From Idiomarina loihiensis L2TR (GTDB lineage Bacteria; Pseudomonadota; Gammaproteobacteria; Enterobacterales; Alteromonadaceae), in contig NC_006512.1 of NCBI RefSeq assembly GCF_000008465.1, positions 2,070,001 to 2,102,000 on the forward strand: 32,000 bases of DNA, written 5' to 3'. The notes under the pieces are model-generated. The model did no database searches. It was not told the origin of the DNA and worked only from the letters and a program-made list of their open reading frames with translations. Within the stretch, counting starts at the first letter, position 1. Each line of letters begins with the position of its first letter. Below are positions 1 to 13,358 of the stretch, in pieces. The position numbers and the translations under genes are program-made.

Positions 1-213
1 TAAGGTGAAGGCGTTGCATAACAAAGCAACGGGACGGAATTATACTCGTCCACTCTCTCTAATCAAGCAATAATTCACTAAAACACCTTATAATCCAACT
101 AACTGCTGATTCCTTATACAGCTAAGAGTACAACTGAGAGTAAAACGGAGGTAGCTGTCAGCCCGCTTTGCTCGTGATATGATTAACGCACTATTGAGTT
201 AAATGAGTTTCAC

Positions 214-723
214 ATGAGTTCCGCAGCACAGAAATTACACGCCAGTTTCCCCAGTGCCGGCTTTCCCAGACGTTTTGTCTCCTGGGTTTATGACTTTTTA
301 GTCGCCGTAGCTATTATTATGCTCGCTTCAGCCTTGGCTTTACTCTTTGCCGCGCTGCTGACTACTCTTGACTGGTTAGTGTTGCCCGAAGGAATGGATC
401 ACGCCGCCTGGTTAGCCCAGGGACCTTGGTACAGCTTGTATCTTCTTTCCGTTGTTTCGCTATTTTTTGGCTGGTTCTGGAAACGTTCGGGTCAAACCTT
501 AGGTATGCGCGCGTGGCGCCTGAAACTTCAAAACCGTGATGGTTCGAGGCTGACTAATCGCCAGGTTTTTATCAGGCTGATTACTTGTTGTGCAGGCCTT
601 GGAAACCTCTGGGTTCTGGTAGATTTTAAAAACAAACGTGCCTGGCATGATTACGCTGCCGGCACCGAAGTTGTCACGCTTTCAAAAGAAGCAAATCAGC
701 TGTTCTACTGGAATGAACTTTAG
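214..723 (+). CDS. RDD-family integral membrane protein
   Basis: 169-aa ORF with three hydrophobic helices (VAVAIIMLASALALLFAALL, WYSLYLLSVVSLFFGWF, LITCCAGLGNLWVLV). An N-proximal R (RRFVSW), an early D (YDFL) and a late D (WHDY) are spaced as in the RDD domain. An in-frame stop at 184-186 rules out upstream extension. The SD is weak. Confidence 0.6.
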   Translation: MSSAAQKLHASFPSAGFPRRFVSWVYDFLVAVAIIMLASALALLFAALLTTLDWLVLPEGMDHAAWLAQGPWYSLYLLSVVSLFFGWFWKRSGQTLGMRAWRLKLQNRDGSRLTNRQVFIRLITCCAGLGNLWVLVDFKNKRAWHDYAAGTEVVTLSKEANQLFYWNEL

Positions 724-732
724 CCTATAGAG

Positions 733-756
733 GTACGGCCAATTGTCAGGCCGTAC
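733..756. other. Perfect 8-bp stem hairpin (GTACGGCC-N8-GGCCGTAC) between the convergent RDD gene and lptG; it overlaps the lptG stop codon
   Basis: Stem arms at 733-740 and 749-756 with loop aattgtca. No U-tract follows on either strand, so it is not a canonical intrinsic terminator. Confidence 0.3.
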
Positions 757-1816
757 GCCCTCGCATAAAGTAAACGGCCACTCCGGCAAATAAAATACTG
801 GGTAATAAAGCTCCCAGAATAGCCGGAATTTGATAAACCTGAGCCAACGGACCAAAAATTTCGTTACTCACATGAAAGCCAAAACCAGTAATAACACCAA
901 GTAATATTCGGGCACCCATTGTTGTTGATCGCAGCGGGCCAAAAATAAAAGACAAGGCCACCAACAGCATAACCGCTACCGTAATCGGTGCGAAAAGTTT
1001 CCGCCATAACGCCAACTCGTAGCGCTCCGCGGATTGCTGGTTACTCTCTAGGTAGGTTAAGTAGTCCAACAGCCCAGTAATAGAAAGCGACTCTGGTTTT
1101 ATAGTCACCACTCCAAGTTTGTCCGGCGTTAAACTCGACTGCCAAACCATACTAGGCTTTTCATCACGTAACATTCGGATATCATCAAGCTGAGTTACAG
1201 TTACCTGCTGCATGCGCCATTTGTCACCACTGAAATTAGCGGTCCGGGCGTAAGTTACTTTTTGCAACTCACGATTGTCGTTAAAGTCGTAAATTAATAC
1301 GTCGTTAAGCCGTCCGGTATCCTCTACTTCGCCAATATTGATAAAGTCCGAGCCATCTTTTGCCCACACTCCCTGCTGAGCAGATATTAAGCTACCGCCG
1401 GAAATAGCCTGTGAACGTATGGCCCGGCCCTGAGCTTCCATAGGCGGCGCTATCCACTCTCCAATGGCCATAACCGCGACCATCATAATAATAGCTGACT
1501 TCATTACCGCGCCAATAATATTTAAACGCGACCGCCCGGCGGCCATCATGACCACCAGTTCCGAGTTACTGGCAAGCATCCCCACGCCAATGAGCCCGCC
1601 GAGTAAAGCGGCCATTGGAAAGAAAGTTTCAACATCGCGCGGCAGGCTGTAAAACACAAAGAGCGCCGCATCCATAACATTGTAGTCGCCGCGACCCACC
1701 GCTTTAAGCTGCTCCACAAAGCGGATTAACGAGGAAAGCCCGGTTAATACGGCCAGACTTAAAAGCGATGTCCGTAATACGGAAAGCCCAATGTACTTAT
1801 CTAAAATACTAAACAT
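746..1816 (-). CDS. lptG: LPS export ABC transporter permease LptG
   Basis: 356-aa polytopic membrane ORF of YjgP/YjgQ type with a large periplasmic loop. Its start overlaps the lptF stop by 1 nt (TGATG). The lptF-lptG pair divergent from pepA matches E. coli. Confidence 0.9.
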   Translation of the reverse strand: MFSILDKYIGLSVLRTSLLSLAVLTGLSSLIRFVEQLKAVGRGDYNVMDAALFVFYSLPRDVETFFPMAALLGGLIGVGMLASNSELVVMMAAGRSRLNIIGAVMKSAIIMMVAVMAIGEWIAPPMEAQGRAIRSQAISGGSLISAQQGVWAKDGSDFINIGEVEDTGRLNDVLIYDFNDNRELQKVTYARTANFSGDKWRMQQVTVTQLDDIRMLRDEKPSMVWQSSLTPDKLGVVTIKPESLSITGLLDYLTYLESNQQSAERYELALWRKLFAPITVAVMLLVALSFIFGPLRSTTMGARILLGVITGFGFHVSNEIFGPLAQVYQIPAILGALLPSILFAGVAVYFMRGRTA

Positions 1817-2925
1817 CAGTGCCCCCGCGCAGCGCCAAAGCGCAAGTTTGCCAGTAACCTCAACCCGAGCGGACGCCCCTTACCCACCAGAGCCAACCCA
1901 AAAATCAGCAAAATGAAGTGTATCCACCACAAGCCAATAATAGGCGGAATAACGCCGTCCCGAATGGCTGACTTAGCTGCCATAAGCAATAAAAAGTACC
2001 CCAGATAAATAAGCAGCGCCGGCGCCATTCTTCCGAACTTACCCTGACGCGGGTTTACCCGGCTTAGTGGCACCGCAATAAGTGTCAGTAACGGCATTGC
2101 CAGCGGAATAGCAATACGCCACTGTAATTCAGCAATCGCTGCCGGTTCTTTCCGCGATAACAGTTCAACAGTTGGGTAAGCCTCAAGTTTTCGTAATTGC
2201 TCACTTGCCTGCTGCTCTTTAATTTGCAATTGATAACTGTCGAACGACATCATCTGATAGCTGTCGTCATCGCCGGCATAACGTTTTCCCTGACCCAGCT
2301 CCAGCCATTGCGAGCCGGTTGTTTCACTAATCACTTTGCCGGTTTTGGCCATCACCACACTACCGGACTGTAACTCGCCCTGATTGTGCGTGTGCTGCGC
2401 AACAAAAACTTCCTCCAAATCACCCTCATCGCCAACACGTTGTACAAAAATAACCGCCTTCTGGTTGCTGGCTTGCTGAAATCGCCCCGGCATAAGCGCG
2501 GTGAGTCCGCTTTCTGAACGAGCTTTATCTTCTAGTTTTTGCTCCTGATCAAGCGACCAGGGCACCAGCCACAAAGTAAAAGACGCGGTGATAATAGCCA
2601 GAATCAGTGAGAGCACCAGCGTTACCCGGGTTACGTACCACTCACTGACGCCACAAGCGTGCAAAACGGTCATTTCATTGTCGGCGTAGATACGTCCGTG
2701 AGCCAGTAAAATCCCTAAAAACAGGCTAAGAGGCAAAATCAGTGACAATAATGCCGGCAGGTTCAACGACAACAGCTGAAAAATAATAGCGCCCGGTATG
2801 TCCCCTTCTGACGCATCCGATAACACACGGACAAATTTCTGACTGACAAAAATTGTCATCAGGATAAAAAGCACAGCAAGCTGCGACTTCAAGGTTTCAC
2901 TGATCAAATATCGGAATATGCGCAC
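1816..2925 (-). CDS. lptF: LPS export ABC transporter permease LptF
   Basis: 369-aa ORF. The N-terminus MRIFRYLISETLKSQLAVLFIL is typical of LptF, and the gene is divergent from pepA. Confidence 0.9.
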   Translation of the reverse strand: MRIFRYLISETLKSQLAVLFILMTIFVSQKFVRVLSDASEGDIPGAIIFQLLSLNLPALLSLILPLSLFLGILLAHGRIYADNEMTVLHACGVSEWYVTRVTLVLSLILAIITASFTLWLVPWSLDQEQKLEDKARSESGLTALMPGRFQQASNQKAVIFVQRVGDEGDLEEVFVAQHTHNQGELQSGSVVMAKTGKVISETTGSQWLELGQGKRYAGDDDSYQMMSFDSYQLQIKEQQASEQLRKLEAYPTVELLSRKEPAAIAELQWRIAIPLAMPLLTLIAVPLSRVNPRQGKFGRMAPALLIYLGYFLLLMAAKSAIRDGVIPPIIGLWWIHFILLIFGLALVGKGRPLGLRLLANLRFGAARGH

Positions 2926-3058
2926 TGGCGTTCACTCATAACTTAGGTTTTTACTGGAATAGCTGTGATTTTTAAGTAAACTTGTTATTTTAACAACAAA
3001 GTGTCTTTATAGCGAAACTATAGCAGGCATTGAAGCCACCTGAAACAGGAGCACTGTC

Positions 3059-4564
3059 ATGGAGTTCAGCGTCAAAAGTGGTAATCCGGAAAAACAACGC
3101 TCTGCTTGTATCGTTGTTGGCGTATTTGAACCTCGTCGTCTGTCTGGCGTTGCCGAACAATTAGACAAAGTCAGTGATGGTTATTTAAGCAACCTATTAC
3201 GCCGCGGAGACCTCGAAGGTAAATCCGGCCAGGTTTTGCTGTTACATCATGTCCCGAATATTCTTGCCGAACGAGTTTTACTGGTCGGCTGTGGTAAAGA
3301 ACGCGAACTCGATGAGCGTCAGTACCGCCAGATTATCGCTCGTACTATGAACACTTTGAACGAAACAGGTTCAATGGAAGCGGTGTGCTTTCTTAGTGAA
3401 CTGCACGTTAAAGGTCGCGATACCTACTGGAAAGTTCGCCAGGCGGTAGAGTCTGCACGGGCAACATTGTACAACTTTAATGAGCTCAAAAGTAAAAAAG
3501 AAGAGCCTCGCCGCCCGTTACGCAAATTGGTTTTTAACGTTCCAAGCCGTAAAGAACTGGCTTTGGGCGAACAAGCTGTGCAGCATGCATTAGCCGTGGC
3601 AACCGGAATGGATATTTGCCGCAACGTAGCAAATATGCCGCCTAACATTTGCACGCCTCGTTATCTGGCCGATCAAGCCAAATTAATGGCTGATAATTAC
3701 GACAATTTAACGGTTGCCACGGTTGAAGAAGCCGAAATGGAAAAGCTGGGTATGAATGCATACTTAGCGGTAGGCCGGGGTTCCGAGCATGAGTCAGTAC
3801 TCACATTAATGCATTATAAAGGCGCAGCCGATGATCAAGCTCCCATTGTGCTGGTTGGTAAAGGTCTGACATTTGATTCTGGCGGTATTTCAATTAAGCC
3901 CTCCGCCAATATGGATGAAATGAAATACGATATGGGCGGCGCAGCTGGTGTTTTAGGTGCCATGCAGGCTCTGGCCGAATTGCAGCTACCTATTAACGTT
4001 ATTGGCACGGTCGCCGGTTGTGAGAACATGCCAGATGGCAAAGCATACCGCCCGGGTGACATATTAACCACGATGAGCGGCCAAACCGTTGAAGTACTCA
4101 ATACTGACGCAGAAGGCCGACTGGTATTGTGCGATACCCTCACTTATATTGAGCGGTTTGAACCTGAATCGGTGATTGACTTAGCGACTCTCACAGGCGC
4201 CTGCGTTATTGCTTTAGGCAGTCATGCTTCTGCCGTGCTCAGCCAGCACAACCCGCTAGCACACGAAATTCTGAATGCAGCCCAGCAAAGTGGCGATAAA
4301 GCCTGGCGCATGCCGCTTTGGGACGAGTATCAGTCGATGCTGGACAGTCCTTTCGCGGATATGGCGAATATTGGCGGTCGTGAAGCTGGTACTATTACTG
4401 CTGCCTGTTTCCTCTCGCGTTACACTAAAAAGTACAACTGGGCGCACATGGATATCGCAGGTACTGCCTGGCAAGGTGGTAAAGACAAAGGTTCAACGGG
4501 GCGCCCGGTTCCACTGTTAACTCAGTTCTTAATTAACCGGTGCAACACCGAGGCAGCTGAATAA
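3059..4564 (+). CDS. pepA: Leucyl (cytosol) aminopeptidase PepA, M17 family
   Basis: 501 aa. The first ~29 residues ([29 protein letters not shown]) are nearly identical to E. coli PepA. M17 motifs [16 protein letters not shown] and [12 protein letters not shown] are present. AGGAG SD at 3048-3052. Confidence 0.95.
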   Translation: MEFSVKSGNPEKQRSACIVVGVFEPRRLSGVAEQLDKVSDGYLSNLLRRGDLEGKSGQVLLLHHVPNILAERVLLVGCGKERELDERQYRQIIARTMNTLNETGSMEAVCFLSELHVKGRDTYWKVRQAVESARATLYNFNELKSKKEEPRRPLRKLVFNVPSRKELALGEQAVQHALAVATGMDICRNVANMPPNICTPRYLADQAKLMADNYDNLTVATVEEAEMEKLGMNAYLAVGRGSEHESVLTLMHYKGAADDQAPIVLVGKGLTFDSGGISIKPSANMDEMKYDMGGAAGVLGAMQALAELQLPINVIGTVAGCENMPDGKAYRPGDILTTMSGQTVEVLNTDAEGRLVLCDTLTYIERFEPESVIDLATLTGACVIALGSHASAVLSQHNPLAHEILNAAQQSGDKAWRMPLWDEYQSMLDSPFADMANIGGREAGTITAACFLSRYTKKYNWAHMDIAGTAWQGGKDKGSTGRPVPLLTQFLINRCNTEAAE

Positions 4565-4565
4565 A

Positions 4566-5015
4566 ATGTCGTCAGCCACCTTTTTCTTAATGCCGGACGA
4601 AGCTGAAGATGAGCAAAACCGGCTTATCTGCGATAAGATAGCGCAACTGTACCGAAAGCATAAAAAGTTGCGGGTCTGGGCGCGTAATCAGCAGCAGGCT
4701 GAAGCTTTGGACGAACTCTTGTGGCAACAACCAAGTGATGCTTTTATTCCGCATAACTTACACGGCGAAGGCCCGGCCACTGGTGCTCCGGTAGAGTTTT
4801 GCTGGCCTGAGGCGGATGCAGTAAAAAACCGTCCGGGTTATGCACTGTTTAACCTGGCGGAAGAGATTCCGGTACAAGCCCAGCAGAGCCAACAGCTCTA
4901 TGACATTGTTCCAGCCGATGACAATGGCAAAAAAACAGCTCGCGAGCGTTACAAACATTACAGGGCGCGCGGTTGCCAAATGCAAACCGAGCCCCTGACA
5001 TCCGAACAGAAGTAA
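4566..5015 (+). CDS. holC: DNA polymerase III chi subunit
   Basis: 149 aa, starting 1 nt after the pepA stop. It resembles E. coli HolC (ATF..L start, [24 protein letters not shown]). The conserved order pepA-holC-valS supports the call. Confidence 0.85.
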   Translation: MSSATFFLMPDEAEDEQNRLICDKIAQLYRKHKKLRVWARNQQQAEALDELLWQQPSDAFIPHNLHGEGPATGAPVEFCWPEADAVKNRPGYALFNLAEEIPVQAQQSQQLYDIVPADDNGKKTARERYKHYRARGCQMQTEPLTSEQK

Positions 5016-5022
5016 GGTCATT

Positions 5023-7872
5023 ATGGATAAAACATACTCCCCTGCAGCGATAGAACAAGATCTCTACCAACAATGGGAAGACAAAGGCTATTTTAAGCCT
5101 TCAGGTAAAGGCGATCCCTACTCGATTATGATTCCGCCGCCCAATGTTACCGGCAGTCTGCATATGGGTCATGCCTTCCAACACACGATTATGGATACGC
5201 TTACCCGTTACCAGCGCATGGACGGCCTTAATACCCTTTGGCAAGTAGGTTCTGACCACGCCGGTATCGCCACGCAAATGGTTGTTGAGCGCCAGTTAGC
5301 GGCTCAGGGACAAACCCGTCAGGAGCTCGGTCGTGACGCGTTCATCGATAAAATCTGGGAGTGGAAAGAACAATCGGGCGGCACTATTACCCAACAAATG
5401 CGCCGCCTGGGCGACTCAGTAGACTGGGATCGCGAACGTTTCACTATGGACGAAGGCCTTTCAGATGCGGTCCGTGAAGTGTTCGTAAAACTGCACGAAG
5501 ACAACCTGATTTACCGTGGTAAGCGCCTGGTAAACTGGGATCCTGCTCTGCAGACCGCTATTTCTGACTTAGAAGTCGAGAACAAAGAACAACAAGGTTA
5601 TATCTGGTATTTACGCTATCCGCTCGCCGATGGTGAGAAAACGGAAGACGGTAAAGACCATTTGGTGGTCGCGACCACCCGCCCGGAAACCATGTTAGGC
5701 GATGTTTGTGTTGCCGTGCATCCCGACGACGAGCGTTTCGCTCATTTAGTCGGTAAATTCCTTGAGTTACCTATTGTTAACCGCCGTATTCCGATAGTTG
5801 CCGACCATCACGTTGACAGCGAATTCGGTACCGGTTGCGTAAAGGTAACCCCGGCACATGATTTTAACGACTACGAAATTGGCAAGCGTCATCAAACTGG
5901 CATGATTTCCATTTTTGATGACACGGCTCATGTTATGGCAAAAGCCGGCCTTTACACCAGTACGGGTGAAACGCTTGAAGAGCTGAACGGATTTAACGGT
6001 ATATTACCTGAACAGTACGCTGGTAAAGAGCGTTTCGAGGCTCGTAAACAGCTTGTTGCCGAATTTGACGAGCTTGGTTTACTGGAAAAAATTGAAAAGC
6101 ACACCAACAAAATACCTTATGGCGACCGTGGTGGTGTTCCTATTGAACCGCATTTGACCGACCAGTGGTATGTCCGCGTTGAACCTATGGCGAAACAGGC
6201 TACGGCAGCGGTTGAAGATGGCCGCATTGAGTTTGTGCCCAAGCAGTATGAGAACATGTATTTCAGCTGGATGCGCGACATTCAGGACTGGTGTATTTCG
6301 CGTCAGTTATGGTGGGGACACCGCATTCCGGCATGGTACGACGAACAAGGCAATGTCTATGTTGGTCGCACCGAAGAAGAAGTGCGGGAAAAACATAATT
6401 TAGGCGATACGCCGTTACAGCAGGACGAAGACGTACTGGATACCTGGTTCTCTTCGGCGTTGTGGACGTTTTCGACTTTAGGGTGGCCCAAAAATACCGA
6501 GGACTTAAAAACCTTCCATCCGACCGATGTGCTGGTTACCGGTTTTGACATTATTTTCTTCTGGGTTGCCCGCATGATCATGATGACCATGCACTTTATG
6601 AAAGACGAAGAAGGCCAACCGCAAGTACCGTTTAAGAAGGTCTATGTGACCGGTCTTATTCGTGACGAGGAAGGCCAGAAGATGTCTAAGTCTAAAGGTA
6701 ATGTATTAGATCCGCTGGACATGATTGACGGCATTAGTGCTGACGAGCTGGTCGCTAAACGTACTGCGAATTTGATGCAGCCTAAAATGCGCGAGAAAAT
6801 TGAAAAGCGCACCCGCAAGGAATTCCCAGAAGGTATCACCGCTCACGGAACCGATGCACTGCGTTTTACATTAACTGCGCTTGCCTCAACAGGTCGCGAT
6901 ATCAATTGGGACATGAAACGCCTGGAGGGTTATCGCAACTTCTGTAACAAGCTGTGGAACGCCAGCCGTTACGTGCTGATGAGCACCGAAGAACATGACT
7001 GTGGGCTTGAAAACGACGATATGACCCTGTCACTGGCAGACGAATGGATCATTGCCCGTTTTAACAGCACAGTAAAAGATTTTCGTCAGGCTTTGGATAC
7101 CTACCGTTTTGATCAGGCTGCGGCTATTGCGTACGAGTTTACCTGGAACCAATTCTGTGACTGGTATCTGGAGCTCACTAAACCGGTGCTGCAAAATGGT
7201 ACTGAATCACAGCAACGCGGTACCCGCCACACACTGGTGAATGTTTTAGAGCAGTTACTGCGTTTACTACACCCGGTTATGCCTTACATTACCGAAACTA
7301 TCTGGCAACGTGTTAAACCGCTGGTTGGTAATACAGATGATACTATTATGCTGCAGCCGTTCCCGCGGGTTGAGGACAACGTCAGCCATCAGGCAATGCA
7401 GGACATGGAGTGGCTTAAGCGCGTTATTTTGGCTATTCGTAATATTCGCGGTGAAATGGACTTATCACCGAATAAGCCGCTACCGCTGTTACTCTCAAAT
7501 GCCGATGCAATGGCAAAAGGTCGTATTCAAAACAATGAAAGCTTCCTGAGTAGCCTGGCAAAACTGGAGTCTATTGAGTTTATTGAAAGCGACGATGACG
7601 CACCAGCCAGTATGACTGCGCTGGTTGATACGTTGAAGCTACACATTCCAATGGCCGGTTTAATTGATAAAGAAGCTGAGCTGCAACGTCTGCAAAAGTC
7701 TATTGAGAAAGCGAATAAAGAGTGGCAGCGCCTGAATGGCAAGTTAAGCAATGATAACTTTGTCAGTAAAGCACCTGAAGCGGTCATTGCCAAAGAACGT
7801 GAAAAGCTTTCAGAGGCTGAAACAACGCTAAAACAGTTGCAGGAGCAGCAGGACAAAATTAAAGCTCTCTAA
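5023..7872 (+). CDS. valS: Valine--tRNA ligase
   Basis: 949 aa with class I HIGH ([13 protein letters not shown]) and KMSKS motifs and a C-terminal coiled coil. Confidence 0.97.
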   Translation: MDKTYSPAAIEQDLYQQWEDKGYFKPSGKGDPYSIMIPPPNVTGSLHMGHAFQHTIMDTLTRYQRMDGLNTLWQVGSDHAGIATQMVVERQLAAQGQTRQELGRDAFIDKIWEWKEQSGGTITQQMRRLGDSVDWDRERFTMDEGLSDAVREVFVKLHEDNLIYRGKRLVNWDPALQTAISDLEVENKEQQGYIWYLRYPLADGEKTEDGKDHLVVATTRPETMLGDVCVAVHPDDERFAHLVGKFLELPIVNRRIPIVADHHVDSEFGTGCVKVTPAHDFNDYEIGKRHQTGMISIFDDTAHVMAKAGLYTSTGETLEELNGFNGILPEQYAGKERFEARKQLVAEFDELGLLEKIEKHTNKIPYGDRGGVPIEPHLTDQWYVRVEPMAKQATAAVEDGRIEFVPKQYENMYFSWMRDIQDWCISRQLWWGHRIPAWYDEQGNVYVGRTEEEVREKHNLGDTPLQQDEDVLDTWFSSALWTFSTLGWPKNTEDLKTFHPTDVLVTGFDIIFFWVARMIMMTMHFMKDEEGQPQVPFKKVYVTGLIRDEEGQKMSKSKGNVLDPLDMIDGISADELVAKRTANLMQPKMREKIEKRTRKEFPEGITAHGTDALRFTLTALASTGRDINWDMKRLEGYRNFCNKLWNASRYVLMSTEEHDCGLENDDMTLSLADEWIIARFNSTVKDFRQALDTYRFDQAAAIAYEFTWNQFCDWYLELTKPVLQNGTESQQRGTRHTLVNVLEQLLRLLHPVMPYITETIWQRVKPLVGNTDDTIMLQPFPRVEDNVSHQAMQDMEWLKRVILAIRNIRGEMDLSPNKPLPLLLSNADAMAKGRIQNNESFLSSLAKLESIEFIESDDDAPASMTALVDTLKLHIPMAGLIDKEAELQRLQKSIEKANKEWQRLNGKLSNDNFVSKAPEAVIAKEREKLSEAETTLKQLQEQQDKIKAL

Positions 7873-7896
7873 TTTTGTACGACGCCATTGCTGAAC

Positions 7897-7931
7897 AAAA
7901 AAAGCCCGGATCATTAGATTCGGGCTTTTTT
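7897..7931. terminator. Bidirectional Rho-independent terminator shared by valS (+) and rraB (-)
   Basis: AAAAAAAGCCCGGA-loop(8)-TTCGGGCTTTTTT. The stem is 7 bp including one G-U pair, with an A-tract 5' and a T-tract 3'. Confidence 0.8.
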
Positions 7932-7992
7932 CTAAAGTTATCTATTCTAAACAAAACTATTGCTTTAATTACCAATAAAGGCTGAGAGAGGC

Positions 7993-8379
7993 TCATTCCT
8001 CTCCATCATCTAAGTCTTCATCGTCAAGTTCTTCGTCTTCAATCAGCGTGCCCCAGCCGTCGTATTCAACTTCGCATTCGTCAGCAATAGCGGCTATTTC
8101 ACGCACCTGACGGTTGAGAATATCGTTATCAAGCTCAGCGTCGGTGACCGCCATAAACGCAAACCAACGCTTGCCACGTTCGTCTTCAAACTCGTCGGCA
8201 TCGTCCACATGATACCCCTGCTTAACCAGTTCAACAGCGGCTTTTTCCAATTTGGTGAAGTCCTGGCTGGCTAAGTGATGTTCAATTTCATACAAGAGTT
8301 CTGTTTCTGCACCATCAGCAATCAAAGCCTGTACAGTTTCTTCACTTTGCGTAAGTAGATCATTAAGATCTCGACTCAT
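7993..8379 (-). CDS. rraB: Regulator of ribonuclease (RNase E) activity B, RraB/YjgD family
   Basis: 128 aa, very acidic, with a C-terminal D/E tail (EDEELDDEDLDDGEE). The core (YEIEHHL.., KLEKAAVEL.., WFAF..) resembles E. coli RraB. Its start overlaps the plsC stop (ATGA). Confidence 0.75.
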   Translation of the reverse strand: MSRDLNDLLTQSEETVQALIADGAETELLYEIEHHLASQDFTKLEKAAVELVKQGYHVDDADEFEDERGKRWFAFMAVTDAELDNDILNRQVREIAAIADECEVEYDGWGTLIEDEELDDEDLDDGEE

Positions 8380-9116
8380 GTTTTTTCCTTTTTAGCCTGT
8401 TCTTGCTCAATGCTCGCGTTTAACTGCTTAATTTTATCATCCATTTTTTGATGACAGTGAGCACTTAATTCACGTAGGTTCTCTCGCTGATAATTGGCAA
8501 TTCTCACCGGTTCAAGAAACGCCACTTTTAACACACCGTTGTTCCAGCGGTTCATCTTTATCTTACCGTGTAATTCAGACACGCAGACCGGCACGACATC
8601 CACCTGGGCACGAAAAGCAGTATGAAATGCACCGTTTTTAAATGGCAACAAACCACGCCCGTAACTGCGAGTGCCTTCTGGAAACATCCATACCGAAATA
8701 TCGCGCCGCTTTATTACATCAGCCGTCTGCCCGATTGTGCCATGGGCTTTACCGGCATTTTTTCTGTCTATAAGGATATTGCCTGCCAACCAGTAGAGCC
8801 AGCCGAAAAAGGGGATCCACCTAAGGCTCTTCTTGCCAACAGTCACCGTATTTTTTGGCAGCATTGCTGCTATGGTGAAAATTTCCCAGCTATTTTGATG
8901 ATTACAAATAAAGACATAAGGCCCACCCTTTTCGATATCCGGGTGCCGGCTGACCTCAATTCGCATCCCCAAAACCCGTATTGCCCAACCAAAGATATGG
9001 GCAAAACGATAGGTATTGTTACGGTGAAAAGGGCGGACAATGCAAAACAAGCAGCCTACGACACCAAACACCACAACAAAACCGCCAAGAAACAACCATC
9101 GCAACAAGGCTAACAT
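8376..9116 (-). CDS. plsC: 1-acyl-sn-glycerol-3-phosphate acyltransferase
   Basis: 246 aa, collinear with E. coli PlsC (VTVGKKSL.WIPFFG, NxLIDR, WMFPEGTRS, LLPFK.GAFH). Located immediately downstream of parC as in E. coli. Motif I reads NHQNSWE. Confidence 0.9.
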   Translation of the reverse strand: MLALLRWLFLGGFVVVFGVVGCLFCIVRPFHRNNTYRFAHIFGWAIRVLGMRIEVSRHPDIEKGGPYVFICNHQNSWEIFTIAAMLPKNTVTVGKKSLRWIPFFGWLYWLAGNILIDRKNAGKAHGTIGQTADVIKRRDISVWMFPEGTRSYGRGLLPFKNGAFHTAFRAQVDVVPVCVSELHGKIKMNRWNNGVLKVAFLEPVRIANYQRENLRELSAHCHQKMDDKIKQLNASIEQEQAKKEKT

Positions 9117-9129
9117 TCAAACTCCCCAA

Positions 9130-11373
9130 TTAATCCTTGTTTTCCTCAACCACTATTCCGTCGACACGTTGTAACCCGCGCGGCAGTTTATTGCCCCGGC
9201 GACCACGTTCTCCGTAATAATGTTCTAAATCAGCCGGCTTCAGAGTCAGTTTGCGTTTACCTGCAATCAGGGTAATAGCGGCATCCGGCGCGGCGGTAGC
9301 TAAAGCAACCACATACTCCTCGCGGGACTGCGCTCTTAAGGCCGGAATACTGATTAACTTATTCCCTTTTCCTTTGCTCAACTGGGGTAAGTCTGCAACC
9401 GGGAACACCAACATCCGACCCTCATTGGAAATAACAATGACTTTGTCGTGTTGCAGGTCATTCACGTTATTCGGCGGCAGGATCTTAGCCCCGGTAGGTA
9501 ATGTAATAATAGCTTTACCATTTTTATTACGGCTGACTAAATCACTAAACTGACAAACAAACCCGTAGCCTGCGTCAGACGCCAGCAGCAAATGGCTTTC
9601 ATCTTTTGCCATTAAAACATGCTCGACATTCTCACCAGCAACCAGACTGAAACGTCCGGTCAGAGGTTCCCCCTGACTCCGTGCCGATGGAAGTAGATGT
9701 GCCTCACAGGAGAAACTCTTACCTGAGCTATCAAGAAAAACGACCGGTTGGTTACTCTTCCCTTCAGCCGAAGCAAGATAGCTGTCGCCCGATTTATAAC
9801 TGAGCTTATCACCCTCGATATCATGACCTTTGGCTGTACGTACCCAGCCTTTTTTAGAGAGCACAACAGTGACCGCTTCAGCAGGTGTTAAGTCTCGTTC
9901 GCTTAGCGCTTTTGCTTCAGAACGTTCAACAATAGGCGAACGACGTTCATCACCATAATTCTCAGCATCCGCCAGCAATTCTTTCTTAATCAAAGTTTTC
10001 AGACGACGATCAGAGCCCAGCAAGGTCTCAAGCTTTTCTCGTTCTTTATTCAATTCATCTTGTTCGCCAGTCAGCTTCATTTCTTCCAATTTAGCTAAGT
10101 GGCGTAATTTCAATTCAAGAATCGCTTCAGCTTGCTTATCGGTAAGCGCAAAGCGACTCATCAGTTCTTCTTTCGGCTTGTCTTCTGTACGAATAATCTC
10201 AATAACTTCATCAATATTCAGATAAGCAATGAGTAAGCCTTCCAGAATATGCAAACGCGCCAGCACTTTATCTAAACGATGCTGCAAACGGCGGGTAACA
10301 GTGGTCTGACGGAATTCCAGCCACTCCTTCAAAATGCCCACCAAAGGCTTCACTTTTGGCCGACCGTCTAAGCCGAGAATATTCAGATTAACCCGATACT
10401 GCTTCTCTAAATCGGTGGTAGCAAACAAGTGGTTCATTAACTGTTCGGTATCGACTCGATTTGAACGCGGAACCACAACCAACCGGGTCGGATTTTCGTG
10501 GTCAGACTCATCCCGCAGGTCAGATACCAGAGGAAGTTTTTTCGCCTGCATCTGATGCGCTATTTGCTCTAAAACCCTTGCACCTGAGGCTTGGTGTGGC
10601 AGCGCCGTAATAACAATTTCGCCGTCTTCAACGCTGTAACAAGCTCGCATTTTAATGCTGCCACGCCCGGTTTCATACAGTTTGACGATGTCTTCCGACG
10701 GCGTAATGATTTCTGCATCCGTCGGATAATCCGGACCCTTCAACACTTCCATTATATCTTCAAGCTGGCTGCCGGGCTTTTCCAGTAACATCGCACAAGC
10801 ATTTGCTACTTCACGGGCATTGTGCGGAGGAATATCCGTCGCCATACCAACAGCAATGCCGGTAACGCCGTTCAATAATATATGAGGTAACCGCGCGGGC
10901 AGAACCTGTGGTTCTTTCATGGTACCGTCGAAGTTCGGTATCCAGTCAACTGTGCCCTGACCCAGTTCACTCAGCAGCACTTCGCTGAACTTAGACAACC
11001 GGGCTTCGGTATAACGCATAGCCGCAAAAGACTTAGGGTCATCCGGAGAACCCCAGTTACCCTGACCATCCACCAGAGGATGACGATAGGTAAAGGGCTG
11101 CGCCATTAATACCATTGCTTCATAACAGGCGCTGTCACCATGCGGGTGGAACTTACCCAGCACGTCACCCACGGTACGAGCCGATTTTTTATATTTTGCT
11201 AATGCAGACAAACCCAGCTCTGACATTGCGTAAACAATGCGTCGCTGTACCGGTTTCAGGCCATCGCCAATATTTGGCAGTGCCCTGTCCATAATTACGT
11301 ACATGGAGTAATTAAGGTAGGCCTCTTCGGTAAAGCGACTCAGTGGGCGGGTTTCTGTAACTTCCGTCGTCAT
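9130..11373 (-). CDS. parC: DNA topoisomerase IV subunit A
   Basis: 747 aa of GyrA/ParC family ([10 protein letters not shown].., AAMRYTE catalytic Tyr region). Its length and adjacency to parE and plsC indicate ParC rather than GyrA. Confidence 0.93.
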   Translation of the reverse strand: MTTEVTETRPLSRFTEEAYLNYSMYVIMDRALPNIGDGLKPVQRRIVYAMSELGLSALAKYKKSARTVGDVLGKFHPHGDSACYEAMVLMAQPFTYRHPLVDGQGNWGSPDDPKSFAAMRYTEARLSKFSEVLLSELGQGTVDWIPNFDGTMKEPQVLPARLPHILLNGVTGIAVGMATDIPPHNAREVANACAMLLEKPGSQLEDIMEVLKGPDYPTDAEIITPSEDIVKLYETGRGSIKMRACYSVEDGEIVITALPHQASGARVLEQIAHQMQAKKLPLVSDLRDESDHENPTRLVVVPRSNRVDTEQLMNHLFATTDLEKQYRVNLNILGLDGRPKVKPLVGILKEWLEFRQTTVTRRLQHRLDKVLARLHILEGLLIAYLNIDEVIEIIRTEDKPKEELMSRFALTDKQAEAILELKLRHLAKLEEMKLTGEQDELNKEREKLETLLGSDRRLKTLIKKELLADAENYGDERRSPIVERSEAKALSERDLTPAEAVTVVLSKKGWVRTAKGHDIEGDKLSYKSGDSYLASAEGKSNQPVVFLDSSGKSFSCEAHLLPSARSQGEPLTGRFSLVAGENVEHVLMAKDESHLLLASDAGYGFVCQFSDLVSRNKNGKAIITLPTGAKILPPNNVNDLQHDKVIVISNEGRMLVFPVADLPQLSKGKGNKLISIPALRAQSREEYVVALATAAPDAAITLIAGKRKLTLKPADLEHYYGERGRRGNKLPRGLQRVDGIVVEENKD

Positions 11374-11399
11374 TCTGACTTCTCCTTGCTCACAAGTGC

Positions 11400-13304
<1,905 letters not shown>

Positions 13305-13358
13305 TTATTATTGGCTCGATCCGCGAAAAGTCTGCCTCAATTTACCGTTAACTGGCGT

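Noticed and set aside
89-94. Perfect TATAAT hexamer upstream of the RDD gene
   Set aside because: There is no acceptable -35 element at 16-19 bp spacing, and it would give a 120-nt leader. I cannot support it as a promoter from sequence alone.
179-217. Two tiny upstream ORFs (MINALLS* at 179-202 and MSFT* at 203-217, overlapping the RDD gene start) and a duplicated ATGAGTT
   Set aside because: They are too short, have no SD, and I cannot assess their conservation. The strong GGAGGT at 146-151 has no start codon at a suitable distance. This looks like chance.
2982-3024. Candidate sigma70 promoter elements and small inverted repeats (TATAG-N5-CTATA, TTGTTA..TAACAA) in the lptF/pepA intergenic region
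   Set aside because: The hexamer spacings are wrong (20 nt or more, or under 10 nt), and the inverted repeats are only 4-5 bp. This is not distinguishable from background in AT-rich intergenic DNA.
8622-9113. 163-aa plus-strand ORF antisense to plsC, and similar antisense or alternate-frame ORFs (1464-1652, 3835-4143, 7527-7856, 23986-24312, 27574-27948, 27449-27811, 29329-29787 and others)
   Set aside because: Each lies wholly inside a strongly supported conserved gene on the other strand or in another frame. Their compositions are low-complexity or biased (Ser/Arg/Cys-rich), and they have no SD or recognisable motifs. They are shadow ORFs.
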